From Octopus sinensis (lineage: Eukaryota): DNA of 64,000 nt. Both the position numbers and the translations under genes were made by a program. Below, one piece after another: positions 37,096 to 49,964 of this stretch. The stretch spans positions 132,122,001 to 132,186,000 of the forward strand of contig NC_043001.1 of the NCBI RefSeq assembly GCF_006345805.1, read 5' to 3'. The notes under the pieces are model-generated. The model did not search any database and was not told where the DNA came from. It saw only the letters and a program-made list of their open reading frames with translations. Numbering within the stretch: position 1 is the stretch's first letter; each line of letters starts with the position of its first letter.

Positions 37096-38221
37096 ACACA
37101 CACACACACACATGCCTACAAATATATTCAGTCAATATTTTAAAATGGCAAATAATAGAGAAAACTTATCAAGATATCTAATCAAAAGTATTCACATTGG
37201 TGATGTATTTAAAACATGGATGTGACAATAGGTCTGTGTGTGTGAGAGTGAGAGAGAGACGGAGATAGAGTCAGACAGACAGACAGAAGACAAAGAAAGA
37301 GATGCATAATATAACAGAGCATATCCTCTTACCCAGGCTTGAATTTTCTGATATAAAGTATAAGTGAAGTGAAGAAGCTCAATACAGAATTGAACTCATG
37401 TTAAAAACTTAGACCATAAGGTACTTATCCTCAATTCATTGCTTTTTCTGTGGTCTAATTATACAATAATATAAACAATAGAAGTATATGATGAAACGTA
37501 ATCTAAAGATACATAAATTTAAGTAGAATATTCAGTCACTGCCACTAGGTAAAAAAAAGAGATAGGTTACCATGTCACACATAAATCTCATGAATTGATT
37601 CAAATAAAATAATATATGTAACTTAAGCACCATTTAAAAATATCAATTTTCCTTTGATATCTTTTGATCAGCCATCCATTTGTATAGGTTTGTGGTATAG
37701 GGAATAATAAAGTCATTTGTTTACATTTCTCTTTCCTGCACTAAATAAATTGGTGATTTCAGAGTGAAATGGGGTTATTTTTTTTTTTTTCTAGTATCAC
37801 CTATAATATCATGGCACAAAATGTTTAAATCAGAACTCAAAATCATATTAACATTTCAAACTAAAGTTACTAATTTTGATTTGTTTTTTTTTTAACACAT
37901 TACTAATTTTGATGTGTTCTGATTGGTAGGATTTAGTATTATTTTCTTTTTTAAAATTCTTTCTTACCAAGATAAATTTAAAAACAATAATATCACATTT
38001 CATAATATTATCCCTTTAGCATCCAGGTTACACTGTTACATGTAATGCCTATTTTTTTCCCTTTGTTTTGAATTAATCATACATTACGTCATAGCTTCAA
38101 GATTTTGATGAGGTGATTGGTTATTTTTACAATAATATTATAGGGTAGGTGCAAAAGGCTAGATCTAGCCAGTTTGAACATAAAACAGGTAGACCATTTT
38201 GACCAAATAAGGTGGGTTTAA

Positions 38222-38442
38222 CCCCTTAGCATTTAAACCAGCCATATCCGGCCAAAAGTATTCTGCCTGTTTTATGTTCAAACTGGCCATATCTGATCTC
38301 TCACACCAACCCTACAATATCATCTTAAAAATTAACAGCTACCTCATCAAAATCTCATAGCTATAAGATAAGGCATGATTAGTTCAAAACAATGTGGATA
38401 AAAAAGGATTAATTTTGGCAGAATAATGCGAACACTAAAGGG
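38222..38442. mobile_element. piggyBac-like MITE
   Basis: TTAA|CCCCTTAGCATT ... AACACTAAAGGG|TTAA. An inverted fragment of the same family lies just upstream (38160-38193). Confidence 0.8.
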
Positions 38443-38905
38443 TTAAATGCTAAAGAGATAATTATCTTTAGAGACTGACGACTTCAAATATAGAAAGCAG
38501 AGCTGTTTAATATAAATGTAAATACAAACAACCATTCAGTGTAGAGATAAGAAAAATACACACACACACATGCATACACACATAATGGATAATTTAAAAT
38601 ATCTAACTCCAAATACAACCTTAAATCATGTATGGTTAAATATCTAAATATGATTATTACTGGAAATTATTACTGTTATTTCAAAAATACACAAAATTAA
38701 AATTGAGATAGCCTCGTTATTGATACTTATGTAAACATATCATTCTTTATAGCGTGTATTAACAACCACAATAATTTTGCGTTTAATAATTGCCTAGCAT
38801 GAAGTATTAGAATGCATCTGTGTTTATAATTAAGGATATAACTGAAGAACAAAAGAAATAAGTATTGAAAATATATTATTTGTGATGGTTGTATGATTAA
38901 CTATA

Positions 38906-39308
38906 GGTACAGGAGTGGCTGTGTGGTAAGTAGCTGCTTACCAACCATATGGTCCCAGGTGCAGTCCTACTGCATGGCACCTTGGGCAAGTGTCTTTTAC
39001 TATAGCCTCGGGCCAACCAAAGCCTTGTGAGTGGATTTGATGGACGGAAATTGGAAGTGACCCGTCGTATATATATATATATGTATATGTATGTGTGTGT
39101 ATATGTTTGTGTGTCTGTGTTTGTCCCCCTAACATCGCTTGACAACCAATGCTGGTGTGTTTACGTCCCTGTAACTTAACAGTTTAGCAAAAGAGACAGA
39201 TAGAATAAGCACTAGGCTTACAAAGAATAAGCTCTGGGGTCGATTTGCTCAAATAAAGGCATTGCTCCAGCATGGCCACAGTCAAATGACTGAAACAAGT
39301 AAAAGAGT
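38906..39308 (+). mobile_element. SINE family A
   Basis: Full, moderately diverged copy. Confidence 0.92.
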
Positions 39309-39464
39309 AACAAAAAAGAAAAAAAATATTCTTAAATTTGAAAGCAGTTTAACAAGTGTTTCAAGTGGCATTGTTATAGCATTTAATCTATTTATAATAA
39401 ATGAAGTTGTATGTTATGTATAGCTAATTAGTATTAATTAAGATGTGTCAATCTGCATAGTAGA

Positions 39465-39945
39465 GGTATGGAATGCACTGGACAAATTCAGCATAATTTG
39501 GAAGTCTAAACTGCTTGACCAAATGAAAAGGGAATTTTTCAGAGCCATAGTAGAACCAGTTCCTTACATTTAATCAGCATGGACTCTGACAAAAAAGATA
39601 GAAAGCAATTTGATGGGTCTTGTATGCTGCATGCTATTCTCACCAAATATTGGAAACAACATCCAAAACAAGAATATCTTTGTGGCAAGATCCCCACTGT
39701 ATCATCAATAAGTTGAGAGTGGACAAGTTATACTGGTTACTGCTACTGAAGCAAAGATGAATTAGTGAGTTAACCTCTTTTGTGGATCCAGAGTCATGGG
39801 AATTCTTATCAGAAAACCCCAGAAGGACGTACTTTGATCAGCTCTCTTGTTTTGTCAAATTACAAATAGAAGACTTAGAAATGTCACGAAAGACAAGAAT
39901 ATTTGGAAAGAAAGAATAGTTATGGTCTGGGCAACCCCACCCAAA
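39465..39945 (+). mobile_element. RTE-type LINE, decayed C-terminal fragment
   Basis: WNALDKFSIIWKSKLLDQMKREFFRAIVEPV...SAWTLTKK...FDG...KYWKQHP...LCGKIP..., ending DKNIWKERI; several frameshifts. Confidence 0.85.
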
Positions 39946-40632
39946 ATCTTAGATAAGATTCATTTGAACAAACTGAAATAAATTATATGAATTATTTAAT
40001 ATTTGAAACTTATCAGGAAAACAACATGGTTTTACAGATAAAAATCAAGGAAAATAAGTTCAAGTCTATTTGAGAAAGCAAATAGTTTTTGAAGAATCCA
40101 TAAAACACCTTCACACTTTTATTTAACATAAGGTGAGAGAATAGCAAAAATTGAAGAACTTTCAATTAAGTTCCTAATAGTATTAAATTTTGACCCTGTC
40201 CACACTGAGTTTAGATCAGTCTGAAGCCAACTTTGTCTCACATCCCTGTAGGGGTGAGAAAACAGGCATCATTCAAGTACTAGGGTTGACTCAATTCACA
40301 AACCAAGTGTTAACAGATTATTCAAAATTTAACAAATGAACAACAAAAGATATGGTCCAAAGATAAATATAGTCCAAGAAATAATTAGTTATTGTTTAAC
40401 CAATTTTATTAATATATTTCAATTTGTTTAATTCAATCTAAACTATTAAATTTGTTGAATGTATTACTACACATTTGACAAACATGACAACCATAGATTT
40501 TCATATTCCCTTGTTTTTTGGGGTTTTTTTGGTGTGGAGTGGGGATAAGGGATAGCTAGAACTGCATTGTAATTTCAAAGAATTTGGCTACACTTTCTAG
40601 CAGGCTAAATGGCTTCATAAAAGTTTCATCAA

Positions 40633-41028
40633 GTAAGTAGCTTGCTAACCAACCACATGGTTCCGGGTTCAGTCCCACTGCGTGGCATCTTGGGCAAACG
40701 TCTTCTGCTATAGCCCCAGGCCGACCAATGCCTTGTGAGTGGATTTGGTAGATGGAAACTGAAAGAAGCCTGTCGTCTATATGTATATATATATATGTGT
40801 GTGTGTGTTTGTCCCCCTAGCATTGCTTAACAACCGATGCTGGTGTGTTTACGTCACCGTCACTTAGCGGTTTAGCATAAGAGATCGATAGAATAAGTAC
40901 TGGGCTTACAAAGAATAAGTCCTGGGCTTACAAAGAATAAGTTCCGGGGTCGATTTGCTCGACTAAAGGTGGTGCTCCAGCATGGTCGCAGTCAAATGAC
41001 TGAAACAAGTAAAAGAGTAAAAGAGTAA
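40633..41028 (+). mobile_element. SINE family A, slightly 5'-truncated, with a 21-bp internal duplication
   Basis: CTGGGCTTACAAAGAATAAGT occurs twice at about 40900-40941. Confidence 0.93.
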
Positions 41029-42095
41029 GTGATTAGTGGAGGTTAACAGCAACTATGAAGATTATGTTCAGAGGGCGATCTTATTACTTTACTTGCAGCA
41101 CAACAAATTATATGTTAATGGGGCTTGGATAGCAGTGATGTAACAGTGTTAAAAGACTCAGATATTCACTAACAATAAATGACAAAATCTGAGGTAACTT
41201 TACCGATGTTGAAATCAATGAACTCAAGAGTAGCTTGGCATGAAGAGTTGAAAGAATGTTTGAGAAATCATTGATTTTGTTTCAAACAAAGGGGATTTCT
41301 CTCCCCAGGATCTGTTGTTGCAAGTGTGAAAGCGATATATCAGTGAATCTGAATACATTCAGCAGACACTTTTGTGAAATAAATTAAGCATGATCTTCAG
41401 GATATGTAATATAAATTTGAGAGTCCCACAGCTGACAAGTGTGATTATGGAAGCATCAGAATTGATGTACACATACAGTAGTGATGACATTTTGTCAGCT
41501 TCCAACAAGGGAAGTGACATCAAGGACAAGTGATGTTTAATAGCATCAAGAACATTACCATCTATAGAAAACATTGATCAAGAGAGTTGAAAAAATTTTT
41601 GAGTGATAATTTATTTTTTAGAGGAAAAAGGTTTATTAATGAGATAAAGACAGAGAAGTTTCTGAAAATCTAACTAACCTGAACTAAAGTATTAAACTAC
41701 AATTGGCATTGGTATTGGCATCCTTTCTGTCTTGGGAGACAATGGAGTTGCGCATGTTTTTTTTTTTTTTTTTTTTTTGTAGTCTACTAAACTACAATAG
41801 ATAATGATAATATGGTATGATGTATTCTCCCAAGACCATGACAGACTCATAGGACTGTCATCATAATATCTTTGAGTATTTTATCTAATCCTCAATGTTC
41901 CATATTCAGATCATACACCATTAATTCAGCTTCCTTTCTTGATAAAGTTGATTAAATAAGTGCCAGTAACATATGTAGTTTAAATCAACTCTTCCATTAC
42001 AGACATTCACCCTGTACATAAGGAAGAAACTGAGCTGGTATATTATTCATGACAGAGTTTTTGAAATAGAATTACAGGTTTAATGCTACTTTTAT

Positions 42096-42447
42096 TCTTT
42101 TACTCTTTTACTTGTTTTAGTCATTTTGACTGCAGCCATACTGGAGCACCACCTTAAAGGGTTTTTTAGTCAAAGAAACTGACACCAGGACTTATTCTTT
42201 GTAAGCCTACTACTTATTCTATCAGTCTCTTTTGCCAAACCCCCCAAGTTACAGGGATGTAAACACACCAACATTGGTGGTGGACAAACATAGACATAAA
42301 GGCATACATAAATACATATAATTATATATAAAGTTAATCCAAACATGAAAATACAAAGAAAAAACACAACAACGCAAGGACGTGGAACAAATATAGTATT
42401 ATTGGACACTCAGGAAGGAAGGGAAGAAGGATATATATATATATATA

Positions 42448-42484
<37 letters not shown>

Positions 42485-42741
42485 ACAGGCTTGTTTCAGT
42501 TTCCATCTACCAAATCCACTCACAAGACTTTGGTCAGCCAAAGGCTCGATTACATTGACCCCAGTGCATAACTGGTACTTAATTTATCGACCCCGAAAGG
42601 ATGAAAGGCAAAGTCGACCTCGGTGGAATTTGAACTCAGAACGTAACGGCAGATGAAATACCACTAAGCACTTCGCCCAGCGTGCTAACGTTTCTGCCAG
42701 CTCGCCGCCTTAAGCAAGCTCCTCACCACACAGCCATGCCT
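42096..42741 (-). mobile_element. SINE A interrupted by a Penelope-like fragment and a nested SINE B
   Basis: A 3' half at 42096-42300, foreign fragment at 42333-42430, A at 42483-42545, B at 42546-42710, A head at 42713-42741. Confidence 0.8.
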
Positions 42742-42924
42742 GCTACTGTTCATATCATATTTGCAATATAACTCATACAAGAATATCAACTCCATTATTT
42801 CAATGTTTGTCAAACTTCATTGCTTATCAAATTCTGTGACCTACTGAACCCACAAAGAAATGAGTACAGAAATCACAATCTTTTCGTTTGGCTAGTATTT
42901 TTTCATGCCTCCTTCCGATATTCT

Positions 42925-43326
42925 CTCTTTTCTCTTTTACTCTTTTACTTGTTTCAGTCATTTGACTGCAGCCATGCTGGAGCACCGCCTTTAGTCGAGC
43001 AAATCGACCCCGGGACTTATTCTTTGTAAGCCCAGTACTTATTCTATCGGTCTCTTTTGCTGAACCGATAAGTGACAGGGACATAAACACACCAGCATCG
43101 GTTGTCAAGCAATGCTCAGGGGACAAACACAGACACAAACACACACATACATATACATATATACGACAGGCTTCTTTCAGTTTCCGTCTACCAAATCCAC
43201 TCACAAGACATTGGTCGGCCCGGGGCTATAGTAGAAGACACTTGCCCAAGATGCCGCGCAGTGGGACTGAACCCGGAACCATGTGGTTGGTTAGCAAGCT
43301 ACTTACCACACAGCCACTCCTGCACC
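42925..43326 (-). mobile_element. SINE family A, full length
   Basis: Reverse complement of the consensus. Confidence 0.95.
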
Positions 43327-44027
43327 TATATGTAAATAATAATTTCGTTTTTACAAAACTATGAAATTTCAGAGTTGTGGATGAGAAGTAGGCAGTTTTG
43401 ATGCTTGGGTCTATTTGACAGTCATTAGTAAAAAACAGAATGAGGCGTTTCCAACAGAGGTTGGAACCATGTCTTGATCTATTGGGCTGAAATCTCTCCA
43501 CCTCCCTACTGCATTTGTATGATAAAAAGTGAAAGATAAAAATATTCTAATAATGATAAACTCTCTGTGTGTGCGTATGTGTGTATTTAACCATGTAAGA
43601 ATTTTGTGGTCGGTCTGCTTTATATGCAAGTAATTAAAACAATAAAATTAATAATAAAATGGTAAAAGAAAGAAGAAAAATAGGCCACACTTTTTACTCT
43701 GATTGCAAGGGGATTAGTACCAAGTAATGCATAAATTAACTGGAGATGTGTTTTCAATCAATTTCTATTTGTCACTGAATAGAGCCAATATCATTTTGTT
43801 GTTAATATTTTTTTCTTTGTTTTCTACCAATGCTATGAAGACCAACAAAGAAACCACCATGTGGTTGTTTAACCAGCTAGAAATTGCAGCCAAATCTCCT
43901 TAAAACAGCACCCTGCTGTCTAAAACAGAAAGGACATATTGAATAATGTGGTCCTTGAAACACTGAATTATATATATATATATATAATATGTATATATAT
44001 GTTGAATTTTTTGCTGCTTAAAATAAA

Positions 44028-44029
<2 letters not shown>

Positions 44030-44078
<49 letters not shown>

Positions 44079-44122
44079 TATATACATATACATATATATA
44101 TATATACATATATTATATATAT

Positions 44123-44216
<94 letters not shown>

Positions 44217-44221
44217 ATATA

Positions 44222-44301
<80 letters not shown>

Positions 44302-44769
44302 ATGTATATATATGTGTGTGTGTATAATTGGGATTGTCATAGCTGGAATGCTTTTCAAACATAGATTTGCTCTATTGGGGATGACCTGAAGCTAAATATC
44401 AACAAAAACACAAGAACAACAACAGCACTTATGCTACCAATAATCATTTTGGATTCCCAGTAAATCAGTCAGTAAATCATTTGCTGAATTGAGTGGGACA
44501 TTTTCTAATTAGTTTCAAACTCATCATGGTTCTCTAGTTTAACTCACTGATTTAGATAAACATTGTCAGATAAACTGAAAATTGTACATAATATCTCTAA
44601 CATACTACTTAAGACTTGTGTGTGTGTGTGTGTGTGTGAGTACGTTTGTGTGTGAGTGTGTGAATATATATATATATACATATATATATATACACATATA
44701 TATATATACACATATATATATACATATATATATATACATATATATATATATACATACACACACACACAC

Positions 44770-44815
<46 letters not shown>

Positions 44816-44842
44816 AAATATATATATATAATATATAATATA

Positions 44843-44935
<93 letters not shown>

Positions 44936-45413
44936 ATGTATGTATATGTATATATATGTGGTGTGTATAATTGGGATTGTCATAGCTGGAATGCTTTTCA
45001 AACATAGATTTGCTCTATTGGGGATGACCTGAAGCTAAATATCAACAAAAACACAAGAACACAACAGCACTTATGCTACCAATAATCATTTTGGATTCCC
45101 AGTAAATCAGTCAGTAAATCATTGCTGAATTGAGTGGGACATTTTCTAATTAGTTTCAAACTCATCATGGTTCTCTAGTTTAACTCACTGATTTAGATAA
45201 ACATTGTCAGATAAACTGAAAATTGTACATAATATCTCTAACATACTACTTAAGACTTGTGTGTGTGTGTGTGGTGTGTGAGTACGTTTGTGTGTGAGTG
45301 TGTGAATATATATATATACATATATATATATACACATATATATATATATACACATATATATATACACATATATATATATACATATATATATATATACATA
45401 CACACACACACAC

Positions 45414-45455
<42 letters not shown>
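44030..45455. repeat. Tandem duplication of about 640 bp (unique 340-bp segment plus (TA)n)
   Basis: 44325-44665 and 44968-45307 are nearly identical; the offset falls from 643 to 641 through single-base deletions. Confidence 0.95.
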
Positions 45456-45463
<8 letters not shown>

Positions 45464-45669
45464 CTATATGACCATCCCCAAATATAACAATATATATATA
45501 TAACTATATCTTTTATGTGTGTGTGTGTGTGTGTGTTATATGTATGTATATGCTACAATATACAAATTCCATGTTTATAAACATATACGCAACATCAGTA
45601 CATACATGCATGTACATATGAACACAGGCATATGTACACACATACATATGTGTGTGTATACATACATAC

Positions 45670-45702
<33 letters not shown>

Positions 45703-45707
45703 CATTC

Positions 45708-45738
<31 letters not shown>

Positions 45739-46470
45739 CATATATATTAAATGAGCAATAATGACTCAATAACATCATAATCTCATTTTACTCACATGCC
45801 AATGAAACAACCGGCACCCTGAGAACTACATGCCATACACTATTAATCATATATAATCCTTGTATTTATTGATAAAACAGGATCTTGAACTTGAGGATTT
45901 TATGCATTTTATTACTCATTTTTAATACACACGCACATGGACAGGTGATGGTGAGGAAATAGAGAGAGAGAGAGAGAGAGAGAGAGGGGGAAAATATGTA
46001 TGCATGTACATCAACTTGCATGCTGTGTGTGCACATGAGTGTGCGTATATGTCTCTGTGTGTGTATGCATGTGTGCATTGTGTTTGTACATGTGAGTAAT
46101 ATAATTTGTGGGCAGGGACGTGGTTGGAAGTCTCCAAGTTCTAGTGAGGATTTTCTATGAATTCAAACGTTTAGTGCTGGAAGAAACACACTAATCTTTC
46201 GGGATGCTGAGGTTATAATCTTCCTTTCATGTGATGCTCTTCTGTATCTATCATGTATCTTCATGAAGTATACTCAACCTTGCAGCTCACCACTTACTTA
46301 ACTCTCTCTCGAGGCAATGGCAATAAAAGAGAATGGTGTGATACACTGGAATATGGGTGTAAGGAATTCACTTAAGTCTTAAATACAATGACATCGAATT
46401 TGAAAGCTTTCAAGATATATATGTGGTAATTAAATTACGTAACAAAGTTGTTTTGACAGAATAGGGATAT

Positions 46471-46526
<56 letters not shown>

Positions 46527-46563
46527 TACACATATATATATACATATATATACATATATATAC

Positions 46564-46635
<72 letters not shown>

Positions 46636-46771
46636 TATACATATATATACATATATATATTATATATATATATAATACATATATATATACATACATATAT
46701 GTATATATATATATATAATATATATATATATATAATATATATATATATATGTAATATAGTAGTAAGTCACT

Positions 46772-46965
46772 AAAAACAAAGAAGAAAACAGAAAAAACGA
46801 ACGTGAGGGGGTGGTACAATTAAAGTATTAGCAGACGCTCAGGGCAAGAAAGAAAGATCGTTTAACATTTCGAGCAAACCTCTTATTCAGAAACAGAGGA
46901 AAGTCCAATAGAAAAGGAAGATAGAGGGGAAAAAAATCTCCAACAATTCACACATGGTTACATTT
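46772..46965 (-). mobile_element. Penelope-like remnant with decayed hammerhead
   Basis: Related to 22225-22437; motif at 46860-46894. Confidence 0.55.
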
Positions 46966-47000
46966 CATATATATATGTCTTGGCTAACCCTATATATATA

Positions 47001-47235
47001 TTTCCTTTATTCTCGACATATGTTTCGAAGGCTGCATATTCCTAATTTCGAAGGAATAAGGGGTGCATTATGCTGCCTTCTCATCAGGAGAGACAAGGAA
47101 CTTATGCTAGCATCAAGATGAACAAAAGCTCTTAGATGACTGCCCACTCGGAGTCCATAGTCTGACGTGAATTTGCTACCCAGGTATCGGTTAACCAAAT
47201 TATCCATACTAGGATAATTCATTCAACTACTTAAA
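47001..47235 (-). mobile_element. Penelope-like terminal fragment carrying the hammerhead, flanked by (TA)n
   Basis: (TA)n on both sides; 47160-47235 is shared with 1860-1932. The Penelope assignment is inferred from the hammerhead type; no RT or GIY-YIG ORF is visible. Confidence 0.6.
47004..47098 (-). ncRNA. Type I hammerhead ribozyme (minimal, palindromic stem III)
   Basis: Minus strand reads CCUUGUC-UCUC-CUGAUGA-GAAGGC...GCCUUC-GAAA-C-AUAU-GUC-GAGA-AUAAAGG. All core nucleotides are canonical and stems I-III pair. Confidence 0.85.
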
Positions 47236-47285
47236 TATTTATATATATATATATATATAATATATATATATATACATATATATAT

Positions 47286-47323
<38 letters not shown>

Positions 47324-47400
47324 CACAAATATATATATATATATGAGAGGTATTGGTATCCAGAAGACCCAAGATAGCAGGTAAGACTATGTAAGTGCTG

Positions 47401-47826
47401 TGGAAAAGGATGGATATAGGAAGTGCAAAGGGAAATAAGAGAATGAAAATTAAAATAAAAATATATGTAGGATGTTGCAGTTCCATTAGCCAAGGAAAGT
47501 GCTGTGTAGATTGGGTAGAAATGCTTCTTGCCCACGGTATGTAGATTCCGATAAGAGTTCATATTTTGTTATTACGAATGGACAGTGTGGAGACATAAAT
47601 TCCCTTTAAATAAACAGCACATAGAATTTATGTTTCCACGCTATCCATTTGTAATAACAAAATATGAACTCCTATCAGAATCTACATAACATGGACAAGA
47701 AGAATGTCTACCCATTCTACATAGCACTTTCTTTCTGAAACTGCAATTGTAACATCTTACATATATTTTCATTTTAATTTTCATTTTCTTATTTTACTTC
47801 ATACTTCCTATATCCATCCTTTTCCA
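47401..47826. repeat. Diverged inverted repeat (about 200-bp arms)
   Basis: 47401-47602 pairs with 47624-47826, roughly 80-85% identity by eye. Confidence 0.9.
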
Positions 47827-47881
47827 AAATAATTCTTTATATTGAACTCTACTATTTCCCACTAGTTAACTCTGTCATACC

Positions 47882-47929
47882 GTCTCTGATGAAAGGATAT
47901 CCCTAATGTCCCAGAAACAGCTGTAAGAT
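47882..47929 (+). ncRNA. Hammerhead ribozyme-like motif (variant or decayed)
   Basis: GUCU-CUGAUGA-AA-GGAUA-loop-UGUCC-CA-GAAA-CAGCU-GUA-AGAU with palindromic ACAGCUGU; the base of stem II is mismatched. Confidence 0.6.
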
Positions 47930-48149
47930 TACCTTTCTCTTTATAAATGTCCTAAAATTCCACACAGCCTTGGCTTGTGGTCTCATTTTATTTAACATAT
48001 ATAGATATACATACATATATTGCCAGTGGCACATAAAATGCGCCATCTGAACGTGATCGATGCCAGGTCTGCCTGCCTGGCTTCTGTGCTGGTGGCACAT
48101 AAAAAGCACCAACTGATTGTGACTGATGCCAATACCCCTTGACTGGCTC

Positions 48150-48566
48150 TTGTCAATGATTTTCCCTCACAGCTACATGCACATCTGCGATGTTTTTCTC
48201 AGTTCTGCTGGTTGAAGGTCTCCCAGAACGTTCATCGCTATTGACATTTTTTGCTATCTTAGAAATATCTGAACCACTCATACACTGGCGTACAGCTCAT
48301 ACACTCCTCTCCATACACTTTCTGCAACTTTGCATAGGACTCTAAGCAGGTGTTGTCATGACATCTTTCTCTGTCATGGTCAATGCAACGATCACACGTT
48401 ACACATGTTACTTCTAAGCACTGCTGTAAAGAGTAGAAGTGAGCTAGAATGTTAAAACTTAGTGCACATGCACAGCAGAAAGTCAATATGTACCATGCAA
48501 CTTCATTCTGCATGTTTTAGCTGCGTTACTATGGCAACAGTCCAGACGCTTATTGATAAGTCCTTG

Positions 48567-48568
<2 letters not shown>
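48150..48568 (-). mobile_element. Mariner-like transposon, left end and N-terminal HTH remnant
   Basis: ESYAKLQKVYGEECMSCTPVYEWFRYF*...VNSDERSGRPSTSRTE; TIR-like TA-CAAGGACTTATCAATAAGCGTCTGGAC at 48540-48568. Confidence 0.88.
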
Positions 48569-48610
<42 letters not shown>

Positions 48611-48839
48611 GCAATTAAGGACAACTACTTAATAAGGAAAACTTAACAAGAAATTGTCAGGTAGATAGCGTAAAAACCTCATAAGAGAAAAAATTTCGAA
48701 AATAATTATTTCTTATTGAACATATTAATTTATTCGGTGGGATTAGTAATATTTTTGGTAGAAATGACTAATTGTCCCTCTTAGCGTTTGGCATGTATGT
48801 ATAATGCCTTCTGGCATGTATGTATAATGCCCTCTATAT

Positions 48840-48879
<40 letters not shown>

Positions 48880-48883
<4 letters not shown>

Positions 48884-49063
48884 TGGCACGTAAAAAGCAC
48901 CCACTACACTCACGGAGTGGTTGGTGTTAGGAAGGGCATCCAGCCGTAGAAACACTGCCAGATCAGACTGGGCCTGATGCAGCCTTCTGGCTTCACAGAC
49001 CCCAGTTGAACCGTCCAACCCATACTAGCATGGAAAGAGAACGCTAAATGATGATGATGATGA
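48880..49063 (+). mobile_element. Family C repeat
   Basis: Close match to the reverse complement of 23948-24140. Confidence 0.9.
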
Positions 49064-49964
49064 TATATATATATATGTCTGTATGTGTGTGTGTGTGTGT
49101 AAGCATATATGTAAGCATGTACATATAGTTTTGCATACATATATATATATCTATGTTTGTGGTGTGTATATAGAGTTGTACACACATACATATATGCATG
49201 CATGCATACACATACATACATACATACATACATACATACATACATACATACATACATACATACATACATACATACATACATACATACATACATACACTAG
49301 CATTATGATATTACTTTACTCTATCAAATGTGTATATTGTGAAACATGATATTGTTGCAGCACAAGGATATGCACATTTGATGATTATTAAACATATAGA
49401 ATTATTGGTGAGTTTAATGATAAGACGTGAAAGAAGTCAATTCCCTTTAAATATGTGAACAATGTCTATACACTAATTTAACCTATTGATTATGTAACTT
49501 CTTTATTAATTTCATTTAGAAACTCTTATAATTTTAGCTGATATATACACAATGAAAACTAAGTGCTACTTCTAACACATCTATTTACTTTTAGCAATCT
49601 TGTGTGAAATTTTTAAGCACCACTAAAATCAAAAATTTCAAAGACGTGGTAACATTAAAAATAAAAGGCTGAGAAGATGAATTTTAAAATCTTCAAAAGT
49701 GATTTTATATGTAATTAATTAGCACCGTTTAATAGGCAATTTATAAAACGACTCTGAACTTGAAACATTTACTTCATTAGCTTATGGTAGGAGTGTGATG
49801 GTTAAAGGTGAATTGCATAGCCTATTAGATTTTTGGAAAACTACAGAAAATAATATTCACCTACAGTGCATATCAGAGTAAGTCAGCCAGAAAAGCCGAA
49901 AAAAAAAAAAAAAGAAAAAAAAAGAAACCCCAGAAACTATATCAATGGTAAATTTTGAACATGG

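Noticed and set aside
48655-48700. CUUAUGAGGU...ACC-UGACA on the minus strand as a hammerhead relic
   Set aside because: Both core halves deviate and there is no stem I or III support.
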